Below, in pieces: positions 51,132 through 63,935 of a stretch of 64,000 nt of DNA. The first letter of the stretch is position 1; every line of letters starts with the position of its first letter. The notes beneath the pieces are model-generated. The model searched no databases, was not told the DNA's origin, and saw nothing but the letters and a program-made list of their open reading frames with translations. Source of the DNA: Octopus sinensis (lineage: Eukaryota). A program made the translations under genes and the position numbers. The stretch lies in NCBI RefSeq assembly GCF_006345805.1, contig NC_043000.1:32426001-32490000 (forward strand), read 5' to 3'.

Positions 51132-51219
51132 GGCTCTGATGAGTGCAAGGTTATATAATCGGATTGTTACCTCACATTCCATCGTATTCCTTGCATGAAA
51201 CCACTTGGTAAGGTCAGCC
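51132..51219 (+). ncRNA. Hammerhead with intact core (duplicate at 52052-52139)
   Basis: CTGATGA-GTGCAAGG...CCTTGCAT-GAAA-CCACTTGG-TA-AGGTCAGCC; 8-bp helix II; helix I shortened by an apparent 4-nt deletion. Confidence 0.75.
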
Positions 51220-51306
51220 GTGATGAATATATAATATTGTACAGTTCGGATAATATATATATATATAGATATATATGCATGTGTGTGTGTGTATGTATAT
51301 ATATAT

Positions 51307-51341
<35 letters not shown>

Positions 51342-51580
51342 TTTGCCAGGTATATTTTGCCAGCCTCGTCTGGCACCTGTGTCGGTGGCACATAAAATCA
51401 CCCACTACACTCTCGGAGTAGTTGGCGTTAGGAAGGGCATCCAGCTGTAGAAACACTGCCGGATCTGACTGGCCTGGTGCAGCCTTTGGGCTCCCCAGAC
51501 CCCAGTTGAACCGTCCAACCCATGCTAGCATGGAAAGCGGACGTTAAATGATGATGATGATGATGATGATATATATTTAC

Positions 51581-51611
<31 letters not shown>

Positions 51612-52211
51612 AAAGTAAATAAATGGTACAACGAGGCACTGATATTTACTGGAAAATAGCAATCGTAATAAATACGACGTTATTGTATAGCTTCACTGCG
51701 TATATACTAGCAAAGACGCGTGTGTGCAGCAAACATGAAAATTATTTGTCTTACCTCTAGGAAGAACATCTGATAAATGGAAAACCTAGAATCGGATAAT
51801 GCAGGACTGGTATATATGAGCATGAGTTGTCCAAGAGTCCATAAGTCAGGGAAAAGATGCCCTTGTATATCTGTCAATAGAGAGGCAATATTATCCAAGG
51901 GTACCATATTATAAATCCATTACAGCTGATCTTACCAACTAGTTCCTGCTAGGAATACAACAGAGTGTTAGGTAACAATCTGATTATAGAAGTTTACGCT
52001 CATCAGAGTTAGCCGATATGGAAGGAAATAATCGCTTTTCCCTTCTGTATTGGCTCTGATGAGTGCAAGGTTATATAATCGGATTGTTACCTCACATTCC
52101 ATCGTATTCCTTGCATGAAACCACTTGGTAAGGTCAGCCGTGATGAATATATAATATTGTACAGTTCGGATAATATATATATATATAGATATATATGCAT
52201 GTGTGTGTGTG

Positions 52212-52257
<46 letters not shown>

Positions 52258-52528
52258 CGTCACCGTCACCGACCAGGCTATCAGATGTTGTTACACATTG
52301 CTGGTCACAATGCGCTTCGCATTGTCTTAGCCTTCAAATGACGCCACCCCGCTAGCTAAGTGAGCAGGCCATATATATATATATATATATACATGTATAT
52401 ATATATAATGTATATATATATATATATAAATATATGTCATTATTCAGTTTTATTTCAAGATTTCTTGCCAATAGAGAAAGAGATGGTTTCTAACCTAAAT
52501 CCAAGGGTCCATCTTTGAGATGTAGTTA

Positions 52529-52559
<31 letters not shown>

Positions 52560-52696
52560 TGTATGTATGTATGTATGTATGTATGTATGTCTGTATGTAT
52601 GTATGTGTGTATGTATGTATGTATGTATGTATGTATGTATGTATGTATGTATGTATTAATCAATGTATACCATATTATAGATCCATTACAGAAACC

Positions 52697-52762
52697 AATC
52701 TTACCAATTTGTTTCCCTTCAGATATTAGATAATTATCGAATACCTGTGTTCTTCAGAGATG
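52697..52762 (-). ncRNA. Degenerate hammerhead
   Basis: CATCT-CTGAAGA-35 nt hairpin-GAAA-CAAATTGG-TA-AGAT; flank homologous to 50985-51025. Confidence 0.6.
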
Positions 52763-52784
52763 ACAGGTATGGAAAATATATATA

Positions 52785-53540
52785 TATATATAAAAATTAG
52801 AAAAAAACCACCTTTTATCAATTCAAAATGAACAATTGAACAGTGCCAAGGACTCCAAATTTGCCATCAAGATGTAGGACAAGATACTGTGATAGCCTGG
52901 GCTTCCGAGGCCCACAGCTCTTCAATATCCTCCCGAAGAACCTAAGAGACCTGCATGGGGTGGATGCAGATGTCTTTAAAATGAAACTGGATCTCTTCTT
53001 GTCAGGTGTCCCAGATGAACCAACTTCACGGCAGGAGGTGCAGAAGAGGGCAGCTGCATCGAACTCTCTCATGCACCAGATGGCAATTACTAAAAAGCAT
53101 TTGTGAAGTAAAATCATGTAGCAACACCAAATGGTTGTGCCCCAGCATGGCCACAGCTTGTGAGCTGAAACTAAAAAAAAAAAAAATTTTTAAATAAAAA
53201 ATTAAATTACACCATCTAGAAAATTACATATAATAGAAATATTAAAATTAAAATAACAATAAAATATCAATAATTAAGTAAATTGCAAAACAAAATAATA
53301 AAAACGTATATAATTGGTCATTATTAAGTTTTATATACATTTAACATATATAATTTGTTATTCTACCAATTATACATGTTTTTATTATTTTTTTTGCAAT
53401 TTACTTAATTATTGATATTTTATTGTTATTTTAATTTTAATATTTCTATTATATGTAATTTTCTAGATGGTGTAATTTAATTGTTCATTTTGAATTGATA
53501 AAAGGTGTTTTTTTTTCTAATTTTTCTCTCTATATATCAT
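52785..53540. repeat. AT-rich foldback interrupted by a CR1 3' fragment
   Basis: Core hairpin 53200-53482; outer arms 52790-52838 and 53479-53530 are complementary; CR1 tail (52839-53190) splits the left arm. Confidence 0.85.
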
Positions 53541-53618
53541 ATGGTGTGAAATTTGATTTAGTATTTCTAAATTGAATTTTTTCCCCTGTAATTTTGGATT
53601 AATATTCCCTCAAATAAT

Positions 53619-53649
<31 letters not shown>

Positions 53650-53655
<6 letters not shown>

Positions 53656-54640
53656 AAACAAAGTGGATGGTAGGAAGTAGAGCTGATATGAAAAAGTAGA
53701 GGCTTATTTCTCTAACCTCATATATCTGCAGAGTCATGGAATGAACTGTTAGGAGGAAGATGATCATATTCCTTAAGGATAATGACTTGATATCTGACAA
53801 CCAGCTCGGCTTCTGCTCAGGAAGATGCTACCTTATACAGCTTCTGCCACATTACAATTGAGTGTTGAAACAATTTATGAATTGTTGAAACATGGATGTC
53901 TCAATTTTGCAATGGCCTTTGATAAGGTTGACCACAGGATGATATGTTACAAGCTACAAGGACTCAGCATATTTAGAATATTAGGAGAGGGATTGCATGA
54001 CTTTTTCTCAAAGGAGACATTAAAAGTAAGTGGAGTGCCTCAGGGAACTGCTTTCAGCCACTGCTGTTTGTGGTTGCACTCTCAGATATGCCATCAGCTA
54101 TACAAGCAACCACTTTTGCTAGCTATACTGATGATACAAAAGTAGCACAAGCAGTCAAGGACCCACTCTATGCCAATCTTCTACAGAAAGATCTAGATAT
54201 CATCTATATATATATAAACAGCAAAATCTCTGTCTGTGTGCGTGTTCTTTATACAAATCCACAATTTTTCAGTTAGAGGGCTCGCACTTTCTATGGTCAT
54301 TCAAAACTGTCCAAGGGTGCTCGTGTACATCTTTACATTTCCCCAGTCACCCTGCAAGGCCATTAAAAAATCAATAGAAGTGACTTTTTTGTGAATTTTC
54401 TATCCAAAACCCAATCAAAATGCCCGAAACTTGATACACCAATTGAATCCCAGCTAGCTGTATGTGATTGGTTGGAGATTTGGACAGTACTCGCGTGTAT
54501 GTGCGCACGCATGCAGCTGTATATGCATGCACTAGTATATAATAAGGCTAAAGAAAACAACATGCAATTTCACGCAGGAAAATTCCAAGCTTTTTACTAC
54601 CAGCCATATTGTGCTAACATGCCACCATAAAGATACTTTG
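53650..54640 (+). mobile_element. CR1 LINE RT fragment split by a Helitron
   Basis: NFAMAFDKVDH, SGVPQGT, SYTDDTK, LQKDLDII|YNKAKENNMQFHAGKFQA. Confidence 0.8.
54203..54535 (+). mobile_element. Non-autonomous Helitron
   Basis: 5' TC, 3' CTAG, inserted between A and T with no TSD; subterminal GCGTG...CACGC hairpin; removal restores CR1 frame DLDIIYNKAKENN. Confidence 0.85.
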
Positions 54641-54675
54641 GATTAAAAGGAACAACAATCTTGTAATCAAACACT

Positions 54676-55110
54676 GTGTCAAATACATTCCATTGTGCTC
54701 CTGTTGCTCCAAGGCATTTGTCACACACTAAGTTTATTGTCTTTGTTAGTTTGCCTTTGATTCCACTTCACCTCTTGTGTGTCCATAGCTTATATTGGGG
54801 ACAGCTTATGAAATTTATACCTATTCCTTTTCTGCATGTCAAGCAAGGCCATTTCCCTGTAGACACCAGAGTCCTGCTTTCTTTTTTATTTACTAGAACC
54901 TTATTCTTTGCCAAGTTTACATTGTGGTCTCTCAACTCTATGTTTAGCTTCCATGCTTGGAATTTCCTCTCTAATTTTACTGCAGAATCAACAATGAGAA
55001 TTAGATCCTTGGCATATAGTAGTTCCCATTGACAGTCACTCTGAAATTCCTCTGTGAAGGCCTGTAGGGATATGATGAATAGAAGAGGGCTGAGGACTGA
55101 GCCATCTCAC
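54676..55110 (-). mobile_element. RTE LINE RT fragment
   Basis: Homologous to 35210-35600, including the Cys-rich insert. Confidence 0.75.
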
Positions 55111-55449
55111 TCTAACACTGATCCCTGAACATTTCTCTTCCTTTCCCCCCCTCCCTTGTCTCTTCATTAATACTGTCTTTCTCCACAACTATCCTGTTAC
55201 AACACCTGTTTCTTCTGTCATTACTCATTCACCTTGTGAGTTACATGGTAACCTCACAGGTGCTGGTGCCATGAAAAATTGCTCCCAGTACACTCGGTAA
55301 AGTAGTTGGTGTCAGGAAAGATATCCAGCCACAGAAAGTATGTCAAAACCTGGACATTGATACAAGAAATTGTCCTCTGATCTATGAGATCCTGTGAAAC
55401 ACCCCACCAATGCCAGCATAGGAAATATACATAAAATGTTGATGATACA

Positions 55450-55993
55450 TGTTTGTATGTATGTGTGTATGTATGTATGTATGTATGTATGCATGCATGC
55501 ATGCATGCATGTATGTATGTATGTATGTATGTATGTATGTATGTATGTATGTATGTATGTATGTATGTATGTATGTATGTATGCATGCATGCATGTATGC
55601 ATGCATGTATGTATGTATGCATGCATGCATGCATGCATGTATGCATGTATGTATGTATGTATGTATGTAGATATGTATGTATGTGTGTGTATGTATGCAT
55701 GTATATATGTATGTATGTATGTGTGTATGTATGCATGCATGCATGTATGTATTATGTATGTATGTATGTATGTATGTGTGTGTGTGTGTATGTATGCATG
55801 CATGCATGCATGCATGTATGTATGTATGTATGATGTATGTATATATGTATGTATGTATGTGTGTATGTATGCATGCATGCATGTATGTATGTATGTATGT
55901 ATGTATGCATGCATGCATGTATGTATGTATGTAGTTATGTATGTATGTATGTATGTATATATGTATGTATGTGTGTGTATGCATGTATGTATG

Positions 55994-56027
<34 letters not shown>

Positions 56028-56090
56028 TGTATGTATGCATGCATGTATGCATGTATGTATCTATGTATGTATGTATGTGTGTATGTGTAT
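55450..56090. repeat. (TATG)n/(CATG)n compound microsatellite
   Basis: Direct reading; source of the spurious H/Y/T/M ORFs. Confidence 0.97.
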
Positions 56091-56999
56091 ATGTCATCAT
56101 CACATCATCATCATTTAACGTCCACTTCCCTTGCTGACCTGAGCTGGACAGTCTGACAGGAGCTAGTGAACCAGAGAGCTTCAAAGGGGCTCTCTGATGT
56201 CTACTTTGGTATGGCCCCTACTGCTGGATGCCCTTCCTAATGTCAACCGCTTTACAGAGTGCTCTACTGGGTGCTTTTTATGTGGCACTGACACAGTGGT
56301 GTTGCCAAGTAACTTGAAAGACAAAAAAACCTCTGACTGGCCGGGGAAGTAGTATTGAGGAAGGGGGGTGGGTTGTGCCAGTTGAGAGGCTTAAGTATTA
56401 TAGATGGATGTACCATCACCAACACCACCACCACCACCACTACCACCACCGTCATCATCATCATCATCATTTAATGTCCTTGCTAGCATATCTTGGACAG
56501 TCTGAAAGGGGCTGGTTAAGCAGAAGACTGCACCAGGCTTCACTGTCTGTTTTGCCAGGGTTTTTACAGCTGGAAGCCCTTCCTAACACCAACCCCTTAC
56601 AGAGTGGACTGAGTGTGTTTTACATGGTAGCAACACCAGCAAGGCCAGTTTTGGCAGAGGTTTTACAGCTGGATGCCCTTCAAGACACCAACCACTTTAC
56701 AGTGTGGACTGGCAGCAGGGTCACTAAGTGACTTGCAAGACAAAGATCCTTTGAGAGGTGGGCATGGGAGGAGGTGCCTGGTGATGAGAGGTTAGAGTGT
56801 GATGGAGGGATAGAAACAGGTGTGTTGTTGTAGAGGAGATACAATCCCTACCCTGTCACATCTTCACCACCATCTCTCTCCTCTTTCTCCCCCCTCTCTC
56901 TCTTTAAATGAAGTAGCCATGTATCTTCTCTACTCAAGATATGATATTTCAGTCCCATCAGCTCATTCTATTGGGTACTGAATGCGAGAGAGAAGACAA

Positions 57000-57760
57000 G
57001 ATAATAATAATGAAATTATTGTATAGTGCTCAGGTGCACTACAACTTGTCAAAAAGTGCGTAATGTCTGGAAAGCGAACAGTGTATGAGTCAATACATGC
57101 TGGTGTGTATATGGAGGGGAGAAAATCAGGTGTAGTGTTGGCGAATCTCAGGAAGGTTGGAAGTTTTGAAGGATGCAGTGCTCCGACACCTAACAACCGA
57201 TGCCGGCAGTCTGTTCCATGCTTCAGCAACTCTTAGTGTGAAAAAATGTTTCCGAAAGTCATGGGAGCTGTGCTGTTTTCTGACTTTGTAAACATGTCCA
57301 CGGGTGTTAGACAGGTGGAGTTTGAAAAGGTGCTCAGAGTTATTGTTTGTAAGATGGTTAATAATTTTATGGGTGTCTGCCAAGTCAGCTGCCAGACGTC
57401 GGAGTTTCAATGTGTCCTTGCCCAGGGAAGTAAGGCGTTCAGAATATGGCAAATGCCTGATGGAGGGTATTCTCTTGGTTGCACGCCTCTGAACAGCTTC
57501 CAGATGATTAATATCCTGGGCAAGATAGGGGTTCCAGACTGGTGATGCAAATTCCAGGTGAGGTCGTACCATAGCGATATAAAGCCGCAGATAGATAGCT
57601 GGAGAGCGGCTCACAAAGGACTTGGTGAGTGATGCCATGACACCCTCAGCCTTCTTGGCAATTTTAGTGATGTGTTTTGTATAACGCAAATCGCTGTCGA
57701 CAATAACATCCAGGTGACGTTCACAAGAAGACTTTTAGAGATTAGTGTTGGCATCAGTTG
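57000..57760 (-). mobile_element. Relatively young CR1 LINE 3' fragment
   Basis: Uninterrupted 187-aa ORF: LYIAMVRPHLEFASPVWNP..LEAVQRRATK..LPYSERL..KHFFTLRVAEAWNRLP; (ATT)n tail. Confidence 0.92.
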
Positions 57761-58199
57761 TCATTCTGTTGTGTGTATGTGTGTGTGCTATTTCAGTGAC
57801 AACTGTTGTCACATAGGGAGGTAACTAGTTTTATGGTGTCAGATCAATAGGTGTTTGTGTGACTGATATGTGTTACAGCAGACTGTAACCTCTACTAGTA
57901 ACACCACTGTTATAGCTGCTATTGTGTGTGGCCAACTAGGCTTAAGATGGTACATCTAGGTTATCGATAGCCAATAGCTTGATGTTCATTCACAGGGCAT
58001 ACCACTAGTGGCAACAATAAGATAGATAATTTTTTTCTCCCTCATGATGTATATTGCAGACTGGTGGAATATGCATAGCTTCTCAGCAAAGCAGGGTTGG
58101 CAATTTTGAGGACCAGGTAAGTAAGGAGGCTTTGTTAAATATGTTCCATGTGATGTTGTCATACATATCTCTCTTTATTTTCTCCATAAGTTTCAATTA

Positions 58200-58965
58200 G
58201 TATTATTTATATCACGTACAATTTAAGAAGGTGGAGTTGTGGGTTACAAATACACATTCATATACACCCCTGTATACACAAGCATCTGCACACCTAAGTA
58301 TGAATAGTGTGTACTCTTTGTGTATACATGAATGTGATACTTGAAGAAGTTGAGAGATTGACCAGAGAGGAAAGTGTTTGTCTCTAGACCTTTTAGACAC
58401 GTCCATCATACACATTCTTTCGCCATAGCCACAAGTACGATGAAAATGGCTTTTCCTTCCCATTTCAAGGAAGGAGGCATGACAATATTCATGATAGACT
58501 CAGTTGATAAACTGACTTGTCCCACATGTGATAGCAATCGTTTGACATAGGCCCACAGGTTGGATATGGTTGGACACTGTATGAGTGCGTGCAAGACAGT
58601 TTCGTCGCTCTGACCGCATCTCAGACAGGTCAGCCCTGTGTTTCTCGAGCCATGCCTGTAGAGCTTATCCCGAACGGGTAGTGCTTCTCGATAGCAGTGC
58701 CAGGCCAGGGATCTCTGGAAGTTGTCCATAGGTCCCGGCCCGAAAGTCGTCTTGAACAGGCAGGTCAGGTATTCCTCATCGACACCCAGGTTCGCCCTGA
58801 GATTGCTGTTGTACCTCCCCTCCACTAATCCCCTATAGAATGTTTTGGTTGTGTTGAAGTCGCTCAAGGTCGACCCGGGACGGCATAGTTACTTGAGGGC
58901 AATGCAACACTCGCGGTGCCATTCACCCTTTCTCGGCCTCTTTTCGATCCACGATTGCAGTTTAG
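58200..58965 (-). mobile_element. Tx1/L1-clade LINE C-terminal fragment
   Basis: zf-RVT-type motif LAWHCYREALPV..CLRCGQSDETVLHALIQC..W. Confidence 0.85.
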
Positions 58966-58984
58966 TCATGGAGACAAACGGCGA

Positions 58985-59007
58985 GATAGATAGAGGGACA
59001 GACAAAC

Positions 59008-59042
<35 letters not shown>

Positions 59043-59088
59043 GGGACAAACAGATCGACAGACAGATAGATAGAGGGACAGACGGACG

Positions 59089-59130
<42 letters not shown>

Positions 59131-59133
59131 TAA

Positions 59134-59180
<47 letters not shown>
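58985..59180. repeat. (GATA)n/(GACA)n microsatellite
   Basis: Direct reading. Confidence 0.97.
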
Positions 59181-60008
59181 TGAAAAATATTCTCCCCCAT
59201 CCCCCAAAAGTAGTCTGAATGTTTGCTAACAATGTGGATTATGTTAAAAGTACCCAGGTGGTGATGTTAAGCCGGGTGACTGGTCAAATTTACCACAGAC
59301 GTAGACCATGGCGGGATTTGAACTCGGAATACAAAAGGCCGAAACAAATACCGCAATGTATCTGGTCCCATGCTTTACATTTTCGTCAATACATCGCTCT
59401 GGTTTCGTACTTTTGTTTTTTTTTTTTTTTTGATCGACTCTGAAAAAGAAAAGTTGACCTCAGCGGGTCATAATCGGAGTAAATACCACGAAGCATTCTA
59501 TTTGACACTCCGACCACTCTACATCTTTCTCTCATGTCTCTTCTTCCATATTTATCTTTCATTTCATATTTTGCTCTATCTCCGCCCCTCTTTCTCTTTC
59601 CTCACTCTCTCCCCTTTTCTTGTCCTCGTTCTCTTCCCTTTTTTTCTTTCCTTCTTTCTACATATTTCTCCCTTTCTTTCATACTCTTTTCTTACTCCCT
59701 CTCTTTCGCATTCATTTACCTTCCTCTCCCGCTCTCTTTATTTTTCTCACTCTCTCTCTATCCTTTCTTCCTGTCATTTCTTTCTTCTCTCATTCCATTT
59801 TCATTCTCGCTTTCGTTTTATTTATTTACTTTATCATTTTTACTATTTCCTTTTCCTCATTCCACTTCCTTCTGTCGTTCTCAACTAATCTATTACTCTC
59901 TTTCTCTCTTCTTTTCCCGCCCTCTGACGTCGACACTCCCTCTTCTATTATTTTATAATATAACACACACATAATGTGTGTGTAAATTTTAAACAAGGAA
60001 GTGTTTGT

Positions 60009-60082
60009 CAGTGACTTCGAACTTTCGGCTTGTTCCCTTTCAGTTCGGCAAAGGCGAAAGAACTGAAACTTCGAAGTCACTG
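60009..60082. other. Compact structured element: 13-bp perfect stem enclosing two crossing stems
   Basis: CAGTGACTTCGAA/TTCGAAGTCACTG; CTTTCG/CGAAAG; TTTCAGTTC/GAACTGAAA. Confidence 0.7.
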
Positions 60083-63000
60083 TGAATTTTCGTTGTAAAA
60101 GTATAATAAATATGTATTCAAATTAAAAGTGTTAAGTATTGCTGCAAATTAATGTTAAATTGTTTCTAAATATACAACTTGACAGAAAAACAGTCATTAA
60201 CCTCCGTATATGTATGTGTGTATGTATGTGTGTGCGTGTATACACATGCATCTATAGACTTTGGTTTGTTTAGAACAAACGACACAGACATGATTTTTTT
60301 TTTTTTATTTAAACCAAAGCAACAATTATAATTATTCTTGGTTTTGTTTCTCATTAAAATACTACTCTTTCTAATAAACATTCTATTTTTGTGTTATTTC
60401 TATTTTAATTGTCTGTGAACATATAATAAAAAGTTTGTTGAGCTCAACATGTCGACACGCAACAAACTTATTAAACATATTTATTATTAAGATTGCGTTG
60501 TTTAGCCCAGGATCAGTTCTGATAGAGCAAAACTGATTAAACCATTCCAATCTTGACCACCCCGACTTTTTGAAGTCGTAACGTCTCTAGGATTACATTC
60601 TACTATGTCTTCTTTTTTTAAAGACAGGATCCAACTCGAGAGAAATTTGGCTGCTATTTCTAGCATGTCAACTTGTACTCGAGTAGATCTATGTCGTCTT
60701 GAGTGGAAGTTTGGGTGCGAGCTAGTGCTTAGAATATACCAAGTTTCTATCCATTAGAAGAACATACTGCCCCATTATAATGTATTTAATTTTTTTGGTA
60801 CCGAATTTCTATTGAAATTCACTGTCTTAGTTTCAATAAGTTTTGAAAATATTGAAGAATTTAGCAAAATAATTGTCATTAAGCTAGTGTTTGGAACATA
60901 AATTAACAAGGAATTTCGATTGAAGGTTTAAATTTAGATCACTTATAAAATATGAAGTTTTTATCATAGAACCACGAACAGTCTAGGGTGGGTTGATTAT
61001 CAAAAGTGTCTTGTGTGCTGTATAATGTAGCAGACCAAACGTGTGTGTGGCTGTAGGTTCTAGTCATGACCGACACACAAGAGAACGGTTAAATGGACTT
61101 AAGGAAAGCGTGGCGATATTGTTCATTGATTTCTACTTCAAACCTCTGCGCAAAATTTACGACATGACTGCTGTTTTAGTAACAATTATTGTTTGTTTAA
61201 TGATTCTGTTATTTTTGTCAGCTTAAAGCCGACTCTGATCAAGCACACCTAAAATCAAAGGCGTACCATCCGTGACCATTCCATTTTTATCTACTTATGA
61301 TTACATTGTCCAGTGTCTCCTCCATCCTTCCTAAAAATACGAGGTGAAAATTTTATTGCCTTCACAGTGTTTATCGTTTTACAAAATTAAATTAGAAAAT
61401 TGGACAAAACAGAGAACACAATTGAAAAAATTAAAAAGAAACATTTAGAATTTTCCACTTTTGGTGGTCTATTATGCAATGTGATTGGATGTGGGCTCTG
61501 AATCCTGCGTAAAACTAGACCAACCCAAATGCCTGACTAAATCACCTGTCCAGTTGCATGACCAATCATCAGAGACTTATGCACAGAGTTTTTTTTTAGA
61601 TGATTTAAGTCTAAGACATGCAATTATGAAATTAGTCTTGTTACATTCATCATCATCATCATCGTTTAACGTCCGCTTTCCATGCTAGCATAGGTTGGAC
61701 AATTTGACTGAAGACTGGCGAACCAGATGGCTGCACCAAGCTCCAATCTTGATTTGGCAGAGTTTCTACAGCTGAATGCCCATTCTAACACCAACCACTC
61801 CGAGAGTATAGTGGGTGCTTTTACGTGCCACCGGCACGGGGTCCAGTCAGGCGGTACTGGCAATAACTTTGCTCAAATCTTTTACACATGCCACTGGCAC
61901 AGGTGCCAGTAAGGCGATGCTTGTAACGATCATGCTTGAATGGTGTCTTTTATGTGCCACCGGCACGGAGGCCAGATAGCCGCTCTGACAACGATTACGC
62001 TCGGATGGTGCTCTTAATACCCTACTAGCACAGGGCTCGAGTGCCAGTAAGGCGATGCTGGTAATGATCACGCTCGAATGGTGCCTTTTAAGTGCCAATG
62101 GCACGGAAGCCAGTTAGCCGCTCTGTCAATGATCACACTCGTATGGTGCTCTTTGCACCCCGCTAGCACGGACACCAGTCATCGAATTTGATTTTGATTT
62201 TTGATTATTATTCTTCTTCTTATTATTATTATTAAATAAAGTGGCAGGCTGGCAGAATTGTTGGCACACCGGATTAGTGACATTTCATCCGTCTTTACAT
62301 TCTGAGTTCAAATTCTACCGAGGTCGACCTTGCTTTTCATCCTTTTGGGGTTGATTAAATAAGTACTTGTAGGCATGTGGAATTTTGCTATGCAAATATA
62401 CTATAAAGTATATTAAATGTTTTTATAAGTCAACAATCATGTTCTACTGTGTTAGCAGTGCATTTTATATTATTTTGTTGAGGTTATTTCTATAATTTCT
62501 GTAGAAATAACCTTAACAAAATAAGGACTTGTTGAGCAATGTACTCAACTAACACCCTCCCTTGCAATTGCTGGCCTTGTGCCAAAATATGAAGTTATCA
62601 TACAAAGCTGTAATCTGGCAGAATTGTTAGCAAACCACGCAAAATGCTTAGGGATGTTTTATCACTTTTTACGTTCTGAGTTCAAATTACGCCAAGGTTG
62701 ACTTTGCCTTTCATCCTTTTGGAGTCAACAAAAAGAGTACCAGTTGCACACTGAGGTCAATATAACTGACTTACTTCCAGCCCCCAAATTACTGGCCTTG
62801 TGCCAAAATTTGAAACTATTGTAATTAAGGTGCATTTCATTCTTTTATTCTTTTATTCTTTTGCTTGTTTCAGTCATTTTGGCTGTGACCATGCTGGAGC
62901 ACCACCTTTTAGTCAAAGAAATCGACCCCTGGACTTATTCATTGTTAGCCTGGTACTTATTCTATCAGTCTCTTTTGCCAAACTTCTAAGTTACAGGAAC

Positions 63001-63127
63001 GTAAACATACCAACATCGGTTGTCAAGCAATGGTGAAGGGACAAACACAGACACAAACACACAAATACATACATACACACATACACACATACATACATAC
63101 ATACATACATACATACACACATACATA

Positions 63128-63160
<33 letters not shown>

Positions 63161-63164
63161 GTAT

Positions 63165-63213
<49 letters not shown>

Positions 63214-63241
63214 CATATACATATATAAATATATGTATATG

Positions 63242-63311
<70 letters not shown>

Positions 63312-63644
63312 TGCCTTGGGCAAGAATATACTTGCCCAATATACCACTCAGTGGGACTGAACTTGGAACCATGTGGTTGGGAAGCAAGCTTCTTACCACA
63401 CAGCCACACCTGTGCTTTGTTCAATCTTATGTTATGTGTTTGATGAGGATGAATGAGTAAGAGAGGCAATCTTGAAAATCAACATGGAGGCCTTATTCCT
63501 TCATAATATTTGCACAGTAGTTCGGATTCAATGAAAACTTTAACAAGTTTTATAGACATTATTGACATTATCTACATTTGTTGGATATTTGTCCTCATCT
63601 TGTTTGTTGTTATTACATTGTTTCGGCTGACATACCCTCCACCC

Positions 63645-63760
63645 CATGGGCATATAGTGTAGTGGTTAAGAGCACAGGCTACTAACCCCAAGATTCTCAG
63701 TTCGGTTCCAGGCAGTGACCTGAATAATGATAATAATAATAATTATAATATAATAATAAT
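63645..63760 (+). mobile_element. Short tRNA-derived SINE with (AAT)n tail
   Basis: TAGTGTAGTGGTTAAG A-box, GTTCGGTTCC B-box-like, (AAT)n tail. Confidence 0.75.
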
Positions 63761-63935
63761 AATTTGTTCGTTTATTGGCCACAAGGGCTAACAAAAATCA
63801 AATAAAACAAAATACAGGACAAAAGTTACAAAAAGGGTTTTGTCCATTCGAAAAGTCCGTGTAAAAATAACAATGATAATAACAACATCGAAAAATACCT
63901 TCAGAATGAGAACCCAGGTTCGAAATTTCCCCAAG

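Larger units (their letters stand above)
50400..52255. repeat. Near-identical tandem duplication, unit about 920 bp
   Basis: TTTTGCCAGG at 50420 and 51341; unique sequence differs only by a few homopolymer indels; breakpoints in (TA)n. Confidence 0.92.

Noticed and set aside
61090-61190. Minus frame HVVNFAQRFEVEINEQYRHAFLKSI* as a terminal exon
   Set aside because: Short, weak acceptor and no partner exons in the window.
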